A DNA stretch of 64,000 nt from the NCBI RefSeq assembly GCF_964355755.1, contig NC_092672.1, positions 25,736,437-25,800,436 on the forward strand, in the 5' to 3' direction. This document shows positions 26,701 to 39,982 of this stretch, piece after piece (position 1 is the stretch's first letter; each line of letters opens with the position of its first letter). The notes beneath the pieces are model-generated. The model worked only from the letters and a program-made list of their open reading frames with translations. It ran no database searches and was not told where the DNA came from. The position numbers and the translations under genes are program-made. The stretch is from Antedon mediterranea (lineage: Eukaryota; Animalia; Echinodermata).

Positions 26701-29700
26701 ATACAATTTTTACTGTATTTTTTCACTTCTCAATATTAATTGTGTAGAATTTTTTCATACCTATAGGGGATATCTATATGATTATAGCCTACATGTTATC
26801 ATATTGAACCCAAAAAATAAACGTCTCCCTCAAATAAACTATCCACTAAAAAACCCCCTGAACAATAACCGCTCCGGGATGTTTATTCGAATAAATACGG
26901 TAATTTTTCTTATCAATTTTAAGTTTTCAATTTAACTTTATTTCGTCCTCAGTAAAAAGGCAAATAGAACATAAAAAATATATAAAACATTAGGTTAAAA
27001 TACTTATATCAAACACATTTCATTAATTCAATTCAATTCAATTCATTTAGACATAATTATAATAAAATCAAAAATACAAACACAATAAAACTGACTGGCG
27101 GATTGTAGAAAAGTGACGAAGTCACTTTGTGAGTACTCTCCTTCTGGTGCGGACAAAAACAACAAGTTAACAGTAAAAGACATTAAATAAGGCAGGGAAA
27201 AACATCAAAATGTTATACAGATAAAACAGATGAAGTTACAAAATTATAAGTCATTTAAAAGTCTGATGGAATATGGTACAAATGAATTAAAATATCTGTT
27301 TGTCCGACTATTGTATGATCTCAGCAAGTTAATTTTTTTATGTCATTTTATTATAGAATGATTTAAATCTTCACATATTTACGTAGCCTTAGTACCGTAA
27401 ATCTTCTAATTGTAACCCTGGGTTATTATTCTTTGATTTCTTTTTAGGGTGGGTTACTATTAGAACCCTACTACTACCGTATTAGAGTAGTGGGTTACTA
27501 TTACTAATCTTAAATTAGGCACCTGAAAATGGTAACCCACCCCCAACTTTTCCAGTCAGCAACTCATAACAAAATAATAAAACTGTACGAATAAACAAAT
27601 TGGTTGAACTCTAACTTTATTTAATAAACTCAAAAACACTCAATCCTCCCCACACTCCCGAGATCAACATGCATTATCTCCTTCTTTTCAAAATACGGCT
27701 ACGTCATAGGTTTTTGTGACTCTAATAGTAAGCCCCATGGGTTTATTTATTTATTTATTTCGTTTTCTTTTAGTAGGGTAGCCCTCTCAGTAATAAAATA
27801 AAACTGCTCTTCCGAGGGGCCCTACGGCACATTTAAACAAAATTTGAAAACAACTTAAACTAAAACTTAAACTAAAACTAAACTTCAATGCATGTTCTCA
27901 TTATTATTATACTTTTATACCATATTTAAATATATTTCACTGGAACCATCCTAGACCACCGGCAACAATAAATGAATCTTAAGAAGTGATTTAAAACGGT
28001 TATAATTGTTTTGTTTTCTTAATTCATAGGGTAGGCCATTCCAGAGTGAACTTCCATAATAAACAAAACTACGTTTGTATATTTCGAGGTTACATCTGGG
28101 CAAATACAACAGATTATTTTCATAGTTTCTGGTTTGAATATTGTGTACACTACTAATATATTGCAAAACATCACATAAGTATGAAGGTACAGATTCTTGT
28201 AAACATCTAAATATTGTACAAATTGTATGATATTCAATTCTTGTCTTAATTGTTAGCCAACCTAAATCATGTCTAACAGGAGTTCGAATATCAGCACCTA
28301 GTATTAATCGTGCAGCTCTATTTTGTACCCTTTGCAATTTTAAAATATGGGCGTTTGAACCAGTACCCCAGACTGTTGAACAATAGTCAATATGTGATAA
28401 AAATAGAGCATTGTATAATCTTTTAATAATTTTAGGAGATGTAAAACTTTTCAATCTATAAAATAGATGTAGAATTTTTGATAGTTTTGCACATATAGAA
28501 TCAATATGTACTTTCCATGAGAGTTGTTCATCAAATGTAAGTCCCAAATATTTAAACGTTTCAACTTTCTCAATCGGAATGTTATCAAAAATTACTGTTT
28601 CATCTGTTGTTTTATTAAAACGTGCATGAGTACCAAAAAGCATGTATTTGGTTTTATCAATGTTTAGAGTTAATTTATGTTTATCTAACCATTGTTTTAC
28701 ATTTTCCAACTGTTCAGTTAAAACTGTTGTAAGCTCTTCATTTGATTTACATGCATAAAAAAGCGCAGTGTCGTCTGCATAGAGGACTGTTTTACAAATC
28801 CCATCAACACTATCATGTAAGTCATTTATGTATAAAATAAACAACAAAGGGCCAAGAATTGAGCCTTGTGGTACCCCATAGTTGACATTTAAAATTTCAG
28901 ATTTTTTTCCATTAAAATTAACAAATTGTTTGCGATTTTTTAAATAATTACTGAACCATGCAAGCTCAGTGTTTATCATTCCAAAGGTGCATAATTTACG
29001 TAATAAAATATCGTGGTCTACCGTATCAAACGCCTTTTTTAGGTCAAGAAAAATTGCTCCAGTTACCAAGCCATTATCAATATTTTTATATATATAATTG
29101 CATACATCTATCAGTGTAGTAGAAGTTGAATGTAACGACCTAAAACCAGATTGATTTTTACATAATAAATTAAACTCATTTATATGATTCATAACTTGAT
29201 TATGGATGCATCTTTCAAAAACTTTCATAACAATAGGTATAACAGATATTGGACGGTAGTTGTTAAGTTCATGTTTACATCCTCCTTTATAAAGCGGAGT
29301 AACCTTAGCACATTTCCATTCACTTGGAATAACACCAGATCTTAATGACCAGCTAAACAAAAAGGCAAGACTTTGAGAAATTTGTGAAGATGCAATTTTA
29401 AGTAACCTAGCGGAAATCCCATCAATTCCAGTAGCTTTTCCAATTTCTAACTTTTCCAACAAAGCTTCAATTTCATTTCCATTAATATCTTTAAAGTTGA
29501 AACGTTGTTGAAATTGTGATAACGATTCAACGGTAATATCGTTTTGGTTGTCATTAAAATGGGATGCAAGTTCATTAGAAATTGAATAAAAATATTTATT
29601 AAAATGATTAGCAATATCAGTTGGATTGTTTATTTCATTACCGTTTACATTGAGAGTTGTTTTAGTTTGTTTCTTTTTATTGGGTAAAAAGTCTTTCATG

Positions 29701-32700
29701 GTTTTCCATAATGTTTTAGTGTCATTAACATTATCCTTTAATTTATTATTTATATAGTCGCGTTTTAGTGATTTAGACAAATTATTTAATTTATTTCTTG
29801 CCTTTTTGTAAGAATTCCAATCATCTATGTTCTTAGTTTTTTCGGCTTTTTGTTTTAAATAATCACGGTCACGAGAAAGGGAAACAAATTCGTCTGTAAG
29901 CCATGGAATATCAGTTCCCTTCCTCCTGACCGTCACCATAGGAGCATGAATATCACAAATATCAGTAAAAATGTGTTTCCAAATGTCCCAAGCCTCGTCA
30001 GCATCCTCGGACGCCTCACAAATACTCCACGGAGCAGATGCAAGATCAGAAATAAACAAATCTTCGTTAAATTTCCGGAAGGTTCTCGTATGTAAAATAC
30101 GCGGGGGCAATTTTATTTTAATTTTTTTACGTATTGCATATATCAATGAGTGATCGCTAATTCCAATTGGTACAACTCCAGTTTTGCTTATAAAGTCATC
30201 CCTATTTGAAAAAATTAAATCAATACAACTACTACTGTTTTCCGTTACGCGCGTTGGAGTTTTAATATACTGGTTTAATTGGAAAATTTGGTGGAGGGTT
30301 TTAATGTTCCGAGAATGCTGTTTATCAAATATATTCCAATTTAAGTCACCAACAACAATAATCTCTCTTATACTATCTAGTATAAAAGATATTTGATCAT
30401 GCATTATATCAACAAATCCAGTACACGAATTTGGTGGTCTATAAACATTACCTATAACGAACGGTTTAGTGTTAACCGGCTTAATTTTTATCCATACCGA
30501 TTCAATTGTATTTTCACCAAAGTCAATGACATCAAAATCAACATTTTCGTTTACATAGATAGCCACCCCACCTCCGTGTCTATTTCTGTCTGTTCTAACT
30601 AATAGGTATCCTGGGATTGCAAGTTCACTATTATGTATATTTTGATCTAGCCAGGTTTCACTAATTCCTAAGACATGGAAACGGCATTCTGAAAGTAAAC
30701 TCCGAACATGGTCCACCTTATTATAGAGACTTCTGACATTTAAATGACCAATTTTAAAACCCTTTGTACAATCAATCTCGCATAATTTGCATAGTATGCC
30801 AAAAGCAAAATAAACAATAGAGTCGTTACGTAATTCAGCGTCGTCTACGTCGTTGTCTAAAAGGCTTCCCCGTACGATGTTCGTTTAACAATTGAATTGG
30901 TTTAAATGGTTTATTACATGCGTTACAAATAAAATCTAAAATCATCTTATCTACATAAAATACAATACAGATTTAGGACATTTAAAATTCTTACACATTA
31001 CCTTTTACATTTAGGTAATTGTTTAAGATCGGAAGTTCTGGATAAAACAACTTTCTCGTTACTGCCAGTGATTATGGTATGTATGCGACCATCTTGTGTC
31101 CAAACTGCAGATACCACTGATGCATAGTTTTGCTTTACAGTACGTAGTAAACTTGATCTTTTGCTCGTAAGGTTTTCATGAATGTAGATATGGCTCCCCT
31201 TTAATTTTTTCTTTGCTCTATATACTTCATTTCTAACATTATACGAACTAAACTTTACTATTATTCCTCTTGCTCTTCCGTTTTTCTTAACTTTTGGCTC
31301 CAATCTATGACTCCTGTCTATGCATGTTTTATCTACTTCTACGCTTAGCTTTTTCTTAAACAAATTCAAAACTATATTGTCTGTTATCTCACCTTGTTTC
31401 TCTTCTATTCCTTGAATAATCAAACAGTTCCTTCTTGAATATTGTTCTGCTTCATCTAGCTCATATTGTAAGTTCTCTACCTGTTGTTCTACTTTGCTGA
31501 GACGATCTTTAGTATCGTCAAGTTCGAAACGTATTGCTTCAATTGCTGCATCCGTTACAATTTGTGTAATGCTTTCAATCAGCTGATGTTTAACAATGCT
31601 CGCAATTTTCTCGGCTAGGTCATTGAAAATACTCGTATTTCCTTTAATTATATTGGAAATTTCATTTTGTACAGTAATAGTAAGCGGTTCCACATCAATG
31701 ACAGGTGCTGTATCAGTGTTCAGTTCGCAACACTCCTTACCGCTGTCCTTTTTACCACCTTTCCTTGTATTCTTTCCGGCCATGATGGTGTATTAATACG
31801 TACATGTACAGCAGACAAAAACCGACAAGTAAATGCTAGGCTACAGGAGTGCCCTAACACAACAGCTGTCCTGCGGGAAATTTGAACTGTCACCGCGTAG
31901 TGAGGCTGAATGTAGTGAGGCTAGAGAGAGCGATTTAGGACACGTCTGCTCTTAACGACGACTACACTACTACTTGTCTTTTTGTGGGTTATTATTATAG
32001 ATTGACTTATAAGGTGGGTTACTATTGGCAGATTTACGGTAACTATAATTTTGTTGCATGTAAACTAAATTAGGGTTAGATCCTGTGATCCGACCCGCTT
32101 TATTTAGTACTAGCTTGGGAACACTTGTTCAGTTTCACATAATGGGGAGAATGGAGATGGGGCTGTTTTGTGAAATAACGCAAAATGATATAAAGAATAA
32201 AGAAGCACTGTCATCCATTCGGAAGGACAACAAGTGAGAATGTTGTGAAAAATGATTGAACAAGTTATGTTTAGGTTTTAGGCATGGCACTCACTCCACT
32301 AATTTGAGTGTTTTAATTGAGTAGGTCTATAGAAGATTTAACATTAAGATTAAATTTACACCCCTCTCAAATATTGTTTTTTATTTGATTTTTTTTTTAA
32401 TATCTCTAATCAAAAAGTAATTATTATCAGGTTCCAAATATTATACATTGTTGTATTATTATCAAATTATAAATATTTGTATATCTTATATTCCATCATT
32501 TATAACACTATATAGCAAGTTGCGTTTTTACAATGTATGGCTCTGCTCACTTGCTTAAAGCAGTGCTTCCTATATTTAGTACAAATTAATTGATTTTTAT
32601 TATAAAAAAAAGTATTATGTAATTGGATACCTGAATGCATTTTGAGTTATCTTGGCTGTGTTTTTATTATTATGCAAAACTTCACATTTTAATAAGTAGG

Positions 32701-35632
32701 CTAAATATTTGGAATATTTACAAAATATGTTATGTAGGCCTATATCACAATGTAACATGGTAAAAGAAGTTTTTTTTATTTGTTACAGATTTTATTTTCA
32801 TCTTTATTGTTTTACTTTTATTTTCAGCATTTTGGCTGAACGGTTTAAGTTTCTCCTTTAATATAAGTATACAGTACAATGTATAAATTTAAACATTAAT
32901 ACAGTAAATGAATTATAATTGGTCTGCTATCTAGTGTATAATAAAAAACAAAGGGCAAGTAAATATATCTTACTAGCAGTTATACTTACCCAGGGCAGGT
33001 TTCAAAATTAGTTTTCGCAGTAAATAACACCCGACGTCAGTATCTCACAATACTCACAAACCTCCACCCCTCTTCAATAATATCCCAAACGCTTTTTAAA
33101 AAACACATTCATCCCAGTGATAGACAAATTCAATTTAACTTGAGCTTCAAATTGAGAGGGGTATAGTTATGATAGGCCTATAGTTTAAGTACGTTTTAAT
33201 CTGTGTAATTGAATAGGTGTCATATTGGCTGATAATTCAAATATCTAATTTTGATACTGCGGTCTCCCAGCCTTCTTTCTCCTCTCACCATCCCAGCCAC
33301 AATCAACAAACCATAACTCCTTCCCTGGACAGTTCAAATGTAGTAACTTTTCCTAGTACAATTCCAATCATATATAGGCTACTTCTTTACGCCAGTATTT
33401 TCGCTCCTTCCCTCCCAACACACCCTAGATAATGGGTGATGTGTTTAAGACGGTTCCAGTACAAATTATGTTAGCCATCACTCCCAACCCATAATCCCTC
33501 AGTGGTAGTTTTCAAATTTAGTTTAAAACATTCCCAGTACAGTTTCGGCCATGGTGATAGGCCTACATAAACGCCCAGCCCCTTCCCAGGGATAATTAAA
33601 ATACTTTTTCCAACCACAATTCTGATCAATTTTATAGCCTACTACCCCTAGCCTAAGCAAAATCCCCACTATTCCCTGAACCCCAACTCCCAACCCCCCC
33701 CCCCCCCCTCTCCCACCAAATCCCAAGACTTTTTGAAATGTAGTTTAAAACATTTCCGGTACAATTACGATCATTTTGATACCCCATATGTATGATTACG
33801 TGCAAAAAAAAAAAAATTTGTATAACGAACTAACATCGAAAGTGGGGAAAAGTTGGCCATTTTGACCACATTTTGGCCCCTAACTTGGGTCCTAGATGGC
33901 GGATGATGTTCAAATGTAGTTTAGACCCTTCCCGGTACAATTCCGGTCAGTAACAACAATTTGTATATAACGAACAAACAGACAGACAAACAAACGTACA
34001 AACTCTCTATAGATCTAATATAGATAGGCCTACGTTGTATAAATCTGGTTTTCGCTTCTACACTACATCCACTAAAACCAGACAAAACACCAGAAAGTGA
34101 GCACACTTTCAACTATCCATCGTAGACTCATGCATTGGTGATATGCACACGTATACTTTATATATACTATATTCTTTCTTCTATCGTTTCTCCTTTTTTT
34201 GCTGGAGAGGGAAGGGAGGTATGGGTTTATTAAAAATATATGATTCTTATTTGTTGTAGACACGATTAGTTAGGTACGATTCGACCGTGTTGTCTATGCA
34301 TTAGGATTAAATGGAACAAAATGAATTATGAAGTTTTATGATTTTGTCATCTTAAAATAGATTTCCGCATCCAACTACAAGAAGGTTTAATTCATACGCC
34401 GGGCTTAATATTTCTGCTGGCATATAGTCGAATGTTTGTAGATATCGACTTGATTAAACAACGAACCTCTAAACGATAACAAATCAGTAGAAGGCGATGT
34501 AAATCTATTTCAATATGTGTGAAAACGGTTCAAATTAATGGGTGCTAATCGTTCATAATTTGGTATACAAAGACGTATTCCACACGTACGTTTATGGGTA
34601 GGCCTACATACTGTAGAGGTCAGTTTACAGAAGCACTGAAAATATTATTTATATAACGAAAGTCAATAGTCGATACAATATGGTATAGTGGTAAAATCAT
34701 TTTCCTGTTGTATTGAAAACGGGGCCACACATATTATTTTGTTAAAGATAATTTAATCTGATTTTAACTTGAATACATAATAGTGATACACAATATACAA
34801 TTATGATTTAAGTATAACACGTTTATTTGAGATATATCAATATAGATAGTTCATTCAGCAGACAACATCTGCAAGCTAACACTCTTTTTGTCCATTACTA
34901 ATTGATTGGATTCGATAACACTGTCATTTGAACGATAATATAGTTAATGAAGAGGATGCTTTGAATGATCCAACTCCCTTTCGTGAAATGTAGGTACTTC
35001 TTTATAGACCGTGCACATTTACACTGTCATTGACTTGGGCCTAAGCATTCATTCACATTAAGCTGTTATTAGGGGCCAACAAATTCTAATTCTGTGAAAT
35101 CCGTGATGTAAACATATTGCTTGGTTGTCCGTCCGGTGATCATGGCTTTACTAGTACTGTACATTTTTTTTTTTAATAATCACTCAGGCCTACTTAATTG
35201 AAATTTTTTTTTTACGTTATAAATATGGAATAATTTATTTCTGCTTTGGGACACACGCTTATTCAGGAGACAATGCGGAAAACCCTTTAGGGGATACCTC
35301 TTTTAAGAGGACCTTTTCTCGTAAAACGAACGCCGGGAATTGTGTTTGAACACTGAATTGATGGTCTACTTTTAATAATAGGGGTTATTATTAATAGTAG
35401 TACTAGTATTATTATTCAGGGGATGGACACCTCTTTAAGGGAGCACTTTCTCGTAACGAATGGGATCGCTTTAATAAGGATTCTGTACTTAAATCTAAGT
35501 ATGAACTTACTTGTTCTGTCTAAAGTCTAGGTATCTGTTCTTGAAGTCCAAACGTTGCTGGTAGTAATATAATGACGCTGAAAGCATGACAACAAGCACC
35601 ACTAATAAATATCGACTATAACGTTTCGACAT
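23773..35632 (-). CDS. Galactose-3-O-sulfotransferase family protein (GAL3ST-like), type II membrane, ~622 aa. Exons 35632-35511 and 25519-23773
   Basis: PAPS motifs VFLKTHKTGSSTI and YITILRDP, plus YFNESLLLLKKLLCW, WNSADVILYDFFNKTFW. Exon 1 encodes MSKRYSRYLLVVLVVMLSASLYYY (signal anchor). The phase-2 donor (AA|GTAAGT) matches the acceptor (TTTAG|A) and joins in frame. Confidence 0.9.
27951..30884 (-). CDS. LINE ORF2: AP endonuclease plus reverse transcriptase
   Basis: Open from ~30884 through KIGHLNVRSL, ISETWL, YRPP, GDLN, CIDLIF, SDH, NYRPIS, QSGFR, DLKKAFDTVDH, GVPQGSILGP and YADD to the stop at 27951. Confidence 0.93.
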   Translation of the reverse strand, partial: TNIVRGSLLDNDVDDAELRNDSIVYFAFGILCKLCEIDCTKGFKIGHLNVRSLYNKVDHVRSLLSECRFHVLGISETWLDQNIHNSELAIPGYLLVRTDRNRHGGGVAIYVNENVDFDVIDFGENTIESVWIKIKPVNTKPFVIGNVYRPPNSCTGFVDIMHDQISFILDSIREIIVVGDLNWNIFDKQHSRNIKTLHQIFQLNQYIKTPTRVTENSSSCIDLIFSNRDDFISKTGVVPIGISDHSLIYAIRKKIKIKLPPRILHTRTFRKFNEDLFISDLASAPWSICEASEDADEAWDIWKHIFTDICDIHAPMVTVRRKGTDIPWLTDEFVSLSRDRDYLKQKAEKTKNIDDWNSYKKARNKLNNLSKSLKRDYINNKLKDNVNDTKTLWKTMKDFLPNKKKQTKTTLNVNGNEINNPTDIANHFNKYFYSISNELASHFNDNQNDITVESLSQFQQRFNFKDINGNEIEALLEKLEIGKATGIDGISARLLKIASSQISQSLAFLFSWSLRSGVIPSEWKCAKVTPLYKGGCKHELNNYRPISVIPIVMKVFERCIHNQVMNHINEFNLLCKNQSGFRSLHSTSTTLIDVCNYIYKNIDNGLVTGAIFLDLKKAFDTVDHDILLRKLCTFGMINTELAWFSNYLKNRKQFVNFNGKKSEILNVNYGVPQGSILGPLLFILYINDLHDSVDGICKTVLYADDTALFYACKSNEELTTVLTEQLENVKQWLDKHKLTLNIDKTKYMLFGTHARFNKTTDETVIFDNIPIEKVETFKYLGLTFDEQLSWKVHIDSICAKLSKILHLFYRLKSFTSPKIIKRLYNALFLSHIDYCSTVWGTGSNAHILKLQRVQNRAARLILGADIRTPVRHDLGWLTIKTRIEYHTICTIFRCLQESVPSYLCDVLQYISSVHNIQTRNYENNLLYLPRCNLEIYKRSFVYYGSSLWNGLPYELRKQNNYNRFKSLLKIHLLLPVV
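30998..31783 (-). CDS. LINE ORF1 (coiled coil plus RRM/CTD, transposase_22-like)
   Basis: Coiled coil followed by EQYSRRNCLIIQGIEE, IDRSHRL, IIVKF, IYIHENLT and WTQDGRI. Confidence 0.9.
   Translation of the reverse strand: MAGKNTRKGGKKDSGKECCELNTDTAPVIDVEPLTITVQNEISNIIKGNTSIFNDLAEKIASIVKHQLIESITQIVTDAAIEAIRFELDDTKDRLSKVEQQVENLQYELDEAEQYSRRNCLIIQGIEEKQGEITDNIVLNLFKKKLSVEVDKTCIDRSHRLEPKVKKNGRARGIIVKFSSYNVRNEVYRAKKKLKGSHIYIHENLTSKRSSLLRTVKQNYASVVSAVWTQDGRIHTIITGSNEKVVLSRTSDLKQLPKCKR
32972..34024 (-). mobile_element. Probable non-autonomous Helitron
   Basis: On the minus strand it starts TCTATATTAGATCTATAG, followed by a (GTTT/GTCT)n tract, and ends CTAG|T at ~32972. Internal recurring blocks. 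Confidence 0.45.
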
Positions 35633-37934
35633 CTCGTTTGGTAACAAAAATAAGTACTGTACTAAAAAATATACAGTTACACCACAACCATCAAGCACCA
35701 TGTCTTAATCCCTATGGAGATAATATCACAACATTTGAATGTATTTCAAACGAAACAATGGTTTAAAATAATTGCAGAGAATTGACCAATCAGTGATTCG
35801 TATCGTATCAGACACGTCAGAGATCCTCAAATAATTAATACAACACGGTGTACATTAATTGTTTTGATGATCATGACAAATAATTTGTTCATCATAGGCC
35901 TACATTAAAAAAAGATCAAACATGAAAATATGAGAGGGGTTTTATAGTAGGATGTTGTTGTTTTGTATTTTCAATCTGCTAATGGCGACTGTTCGTTTTC
36001 AAGAAGCGACTACGCAGCTATCGGGTCTAATGGTCATTCTGCGCTTGCTTGGTTCTGAGCATGTGCAAAATGACTTTACGATGCAGTTTATTGATTATTG
36101 TATGTTGTCATCGCAACAGCGAAACCGTCGAACCACTAATTAGCAGTTATTTGAAGGTTCAATTTTGACGTAGCTTGTCGCAATGAAATCACAATGATAT
36201 CAACAGTCATATATAATTGTTCAGCAGGAACACTAATTTCTCTAACCGACTTTCATTTGATTAGAACATAGTGTAGAGCTACATACAAATATCAAACAAT
36301 GAACGTGTCGCAAATTATAACATCACTACTTAGAAACCAAAGATAGCTAAACGTGTACCGAGACGTCTCATCGTATCTATATTTTCAATTCCAATAATAT
36401 TATAACATTCATTTCCTTACTTTTTGATTAAAACATTAATATGAATACATAAATATAGTATAAATAGATAATAAAAAAAGAAATAAAAGATAATAAAACG
36501 AAAAAAAACATGACCCCAGGAAGATACAGGATTTTGAGTGGGGTGGTCTGCCCTGACAACTGGGTCCGAAGGGACAGGGATACCGTAAAAGGACGTTGAC
36601 CAATGACAGGCAATAGTTCGAATAATACATCGCTTTTGATTGACTAGTATGATTTTAAAAAGTTTTATAATCTCAGATGAGAAACTAACATTTGTGTTGG
36701 CCCTTATAATAGCTACGAAGTGTGGTTGATGACAATGTTGTTAGGCCTATGCTTACCAACCAGGAAGATGGTTGGTGAATTATTATTTAAAAAATGTACA
36801 GAAATAATGTTAATTCATTTGCCACCATTTTATGATTATTTGTATTACTCAGTCTCAACAACTGTCCGCAACCGCAAAGAGACAAAGTTATTTAGGACTA
36901 TTATTATTTACTAGAGGGTGAGCTCGCTTCGCTCGCTCTCCCTCTAGGAAGTGTAGTTGGTCCTGAGGCCATTCAAGAAATAATACGATTACAATGTCCT
37001 TGACAATATTGTATCATAAGAACGAAATTAAACGTATAACGAGTGTGTAATTAAGTTTAATGCTGCCAAATAATTGATGATGAAGGATGATGTGATGATA
37101 ATCTGAACAATGATGACGGTGGTGAACAATAGGCCTACCTATTTTTCAGTATTACTTACTTACTGGCTGACTACTCTATCTATAATATTAGTAGTTGACT
37201 GGCTAGGTTGGAAGGCTTGCTTTACTCACGTTAATATTTTCGGAACGTACACACTAACAGCATGGCATGTTTTTAAGTTTTATCTCAATTTAAAGGAAGC
37301 CTGTAGATCCGCAAAAGTCATCACAAATAAAACTGCAAGATACCGAGGAATTACGTAAACGTTTATAGCTATATACATTTTAGATATATTATTCCTTACC
37401 ATCGTAATTTAATTTTCTATGGGCTCACTACCGACCACATATTTCCACGCTTTGTCGTTCGCGATAAGACGTCCCGTCCCGAAGTACCGTCCCGTAGCGA
37501 CGTATAGCGATCTTATTACACTCCGTATGGAACGCCAATGTTAAGCTTACAATAATCATCTGTCGTGATTTAAGCTGGTTCCCGCTACTACAAAAGCAAA
37601 CTCTGTCACAAAGCAACTAAAACCGACACAACGTAAGAAAGTACTTTTCTATACCTACCTATACAAATTAGTCGATAAAGTTCCTAACCGATTTCACGCA
37701 AAAAATGTAATACCAATGATGACGCGGATCATACGAATTCGCTTGTGATTTGTCAACATATTCACTTGCGTTGCGCCTAACGTCGTTGCATTGCGTCTTT
37801 GACGCAAAGCAGAAAGCAGTGTTAAATTAAAAAAAGAAAACTGAAATGCCCACAGTATCGTCTTAACTACGTGGTATATTGATATGTTTTTTGTACCAAA
37901 ATACTCAGAACATACATATTTTTATTTGTTTTAA

Positions 37935-38528
37935 AGCTCAGGTAGAGGCATGAATTTTAAATATAATATTTGGTTAATTGTACATAAATCAAATATTTGT
38001 AACAGAAATCAAGACGAAAAAACATCAATTTACCGTAATATGGTCAAATACAAAATTTGGCCAAATTCTTCCATAAAAACAAGGATAATTTTTTTTCAGT
38101 AGTTAGGTAGTTAACCTAATGTAATAACATGTCTGGTGACTTCCTAGACGGTGAAAAAAGATGGTGGATATACAGTAGATAATTTTTGCTATAGCATGAA
38201 AATAAAAATCTGAAGTTGAATAAAAATATCAGAAATGTAATATTTAAGTTATATTACCTATATTTAGTCATCTGATAACATTTTTTACCACACCGTTTAT
38301 TTTTCATAGCTTTTTAAAACGCCTCTCTATTTACAAAATTTGTGTACAAAAGAATATAGATTTTATTGTGTAATTTGAACTATTCCCCCACTGATTAGAA
38401 AGTGCTTATTTTCAACAAGCTCGTGTAACACAAATAAAATCCCAAAAATTATGAAACATAGGGGAAACTATAGATCGATAATTATTGGAATGTATGATCA
38501 ATAGAAATTTTTTACCCGCACCTGGCCT
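37935..38528. mobile_element. Possible degenerate Kolobok-type MITE
   Basis: TTAA|AGCTCAGGT ... ACCTGGCCT|TTAA; imperfect TIRs. Confidence 0.35.
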
Positions 38529-38757
38529 TTAATGAAACATTTTTTGATCATCGCGCGCCAAATTTTCGAAAATTAATGCATGGTTCAGGACCTTTTGAGT
38601 GTTTCAAATTTAAAAGTTTTCATTTTTCGCGTTGTTTTCCCTACCCAGTATCATGCATATTTTGGTATGATGATAAGGACGTCGAGATAGGAATATTTAT
38701 TGATGACAGGCTAGACTGAAAAGTAAATTACCAATTATTACAAACTGTTGGTATGAC

Positions 38758-39540
38758 CAAAGAATATATATCACAAGAATGAGTAATCCGCGATTTTCCC
38801 TGTAACAGTATATTGTCCATGTGGTAGGGCGCCGCAATAAGTAGTGAGGATGTATACAACATTTTGTGACGGTGCCTCGACTCCCGGTAGTATTTTAATG
38901 ATAAAAAATGTTATCAACTACATGCCAACATCATGTTAAATGCTGTTTGGATATTTAATTGTTCGTTTCATGCAATTTATTTAGTAAAAACTGCCGAACA
39001 AACAGTTCGCTTCATCAACCGTGTTTTCAAAAAGGATAGTTTAATAATATTTCTATATTTAACTTGTTTCTGGTAAAATAAATAAATGTTAATAAAATTT
39101 AATATTGTATCCTATAAATAACATGTATTTCATACGAATTTATTTCATAAAATCAATAATTAATTTACCGGGCGTAGATTAGTATGCGGCAATGGCAAAG
39201 AATCAACCAAGCGTTATGTGCTGAGTAATTACTCAGCACATAACGCTTGGTTGATTTTTGGTGTGGCTGTTCAGCCTTTCTTTGTGAACTAATTTAGTAA
39301 TTCATTTTCTGTAGAAGTGAATAATTATACACTAGTTTGTTATTAAATATGTTTTATAAAATGTTTTACAATTTCAAAATATATTATCATAATTCTATTT
39401 AATGTGACATGTATATCTATTAAATCAAGTCTTATTTAGTCTGTATACATCCGCCCTTATGAGGGCGGGCATCACTCTCTGTTACAAATTTCTCATGCTA
39501 AAATCGCGAAATACTCATTCTTGTGATATATGATTCTTTG
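38758..39540. mobile_element. P-like MITE with CAAAG ends and a 7-bp TSD
   Basis: TIRs CAAAGAATATATATCACAAGAATGAGTA / TACTCATTCTTGTGATATATGATTCTTTG. Flanks GTATGAC / GTATGAT. Confidence 0.65.
39201..39256. repeat. Perfect 56-bp palindrome with no spacer
   Basis: aatcaaccaagcgttatgtgctgagtaa|ttactcagcacataacgcttggttgatt. Confidence 0.95.
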
Positions 39541-39583
39541 GTATGATGTACAAACTGAACTTCAACATTTCCTCAGAATGTAT

Positions 39584-39982
39584 TACCGTAAAATCTTGTA
39601 AAAATAACCCCCCTTATAATAGTAACCCCCCACCCCCTACTTATAATAGTAACCCACATTATAAGTAAATCTATAATAATAACCCACTACTCTAATCTCA
39701 TGTTGATCTCGGGAGTGGAGGGAGGATTGAGTGTTTTTTTAGTTTAAAATAGTATAAAATAAAGTTAGAGTTCAAACAAATTTGACTATTCGTATTGTTT
39801 TATTATTTTGCTATGATTTGCTGACCGGAATAGTTGGAATGGGTTACTATTTTCAGGTGCCTAATTTAAGATTAGTAATAATAACCCACTACTCTAATAG
39901 TAACCCCCCTTCTAATAGTAACCCACCATAAAAAACAATCAAAGAATAATAACCCAGGGTTTCAATTAGAAGCCCTACAGTA
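39584..39982. mobile_element. pogo/Tc1-like MITE, second copy (inverted relative to 27393-32041)
   Basis: taccgta...tacagta ends. The interior is the reverse complement of ~27400-27670 and ~31985-32040. Confidence 0.7.

Larger units (their letters stand above)
27742..31972 (-). mobile_element. Near full-length L2/Crack-group LINE in the sulfotransferase intron
   Basis: 5' UTR, ORF1, ORF2, 3' UTR and an (AATA)n tail at ~27742-27760. Confidence 0.92.
27393..32041. mobile_element. pogo/Tc1-like MITE (TA-CCGTAAATCT ends) split by the LINE insertion
   Basis: taccgtaaatct at 27393 and agatttacggta ending at 32041. GGGTTACTATT subterminal repeats in both halves. An uninterrupted inverted relative lies at 39584-39982. 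Confidence 0.7.
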
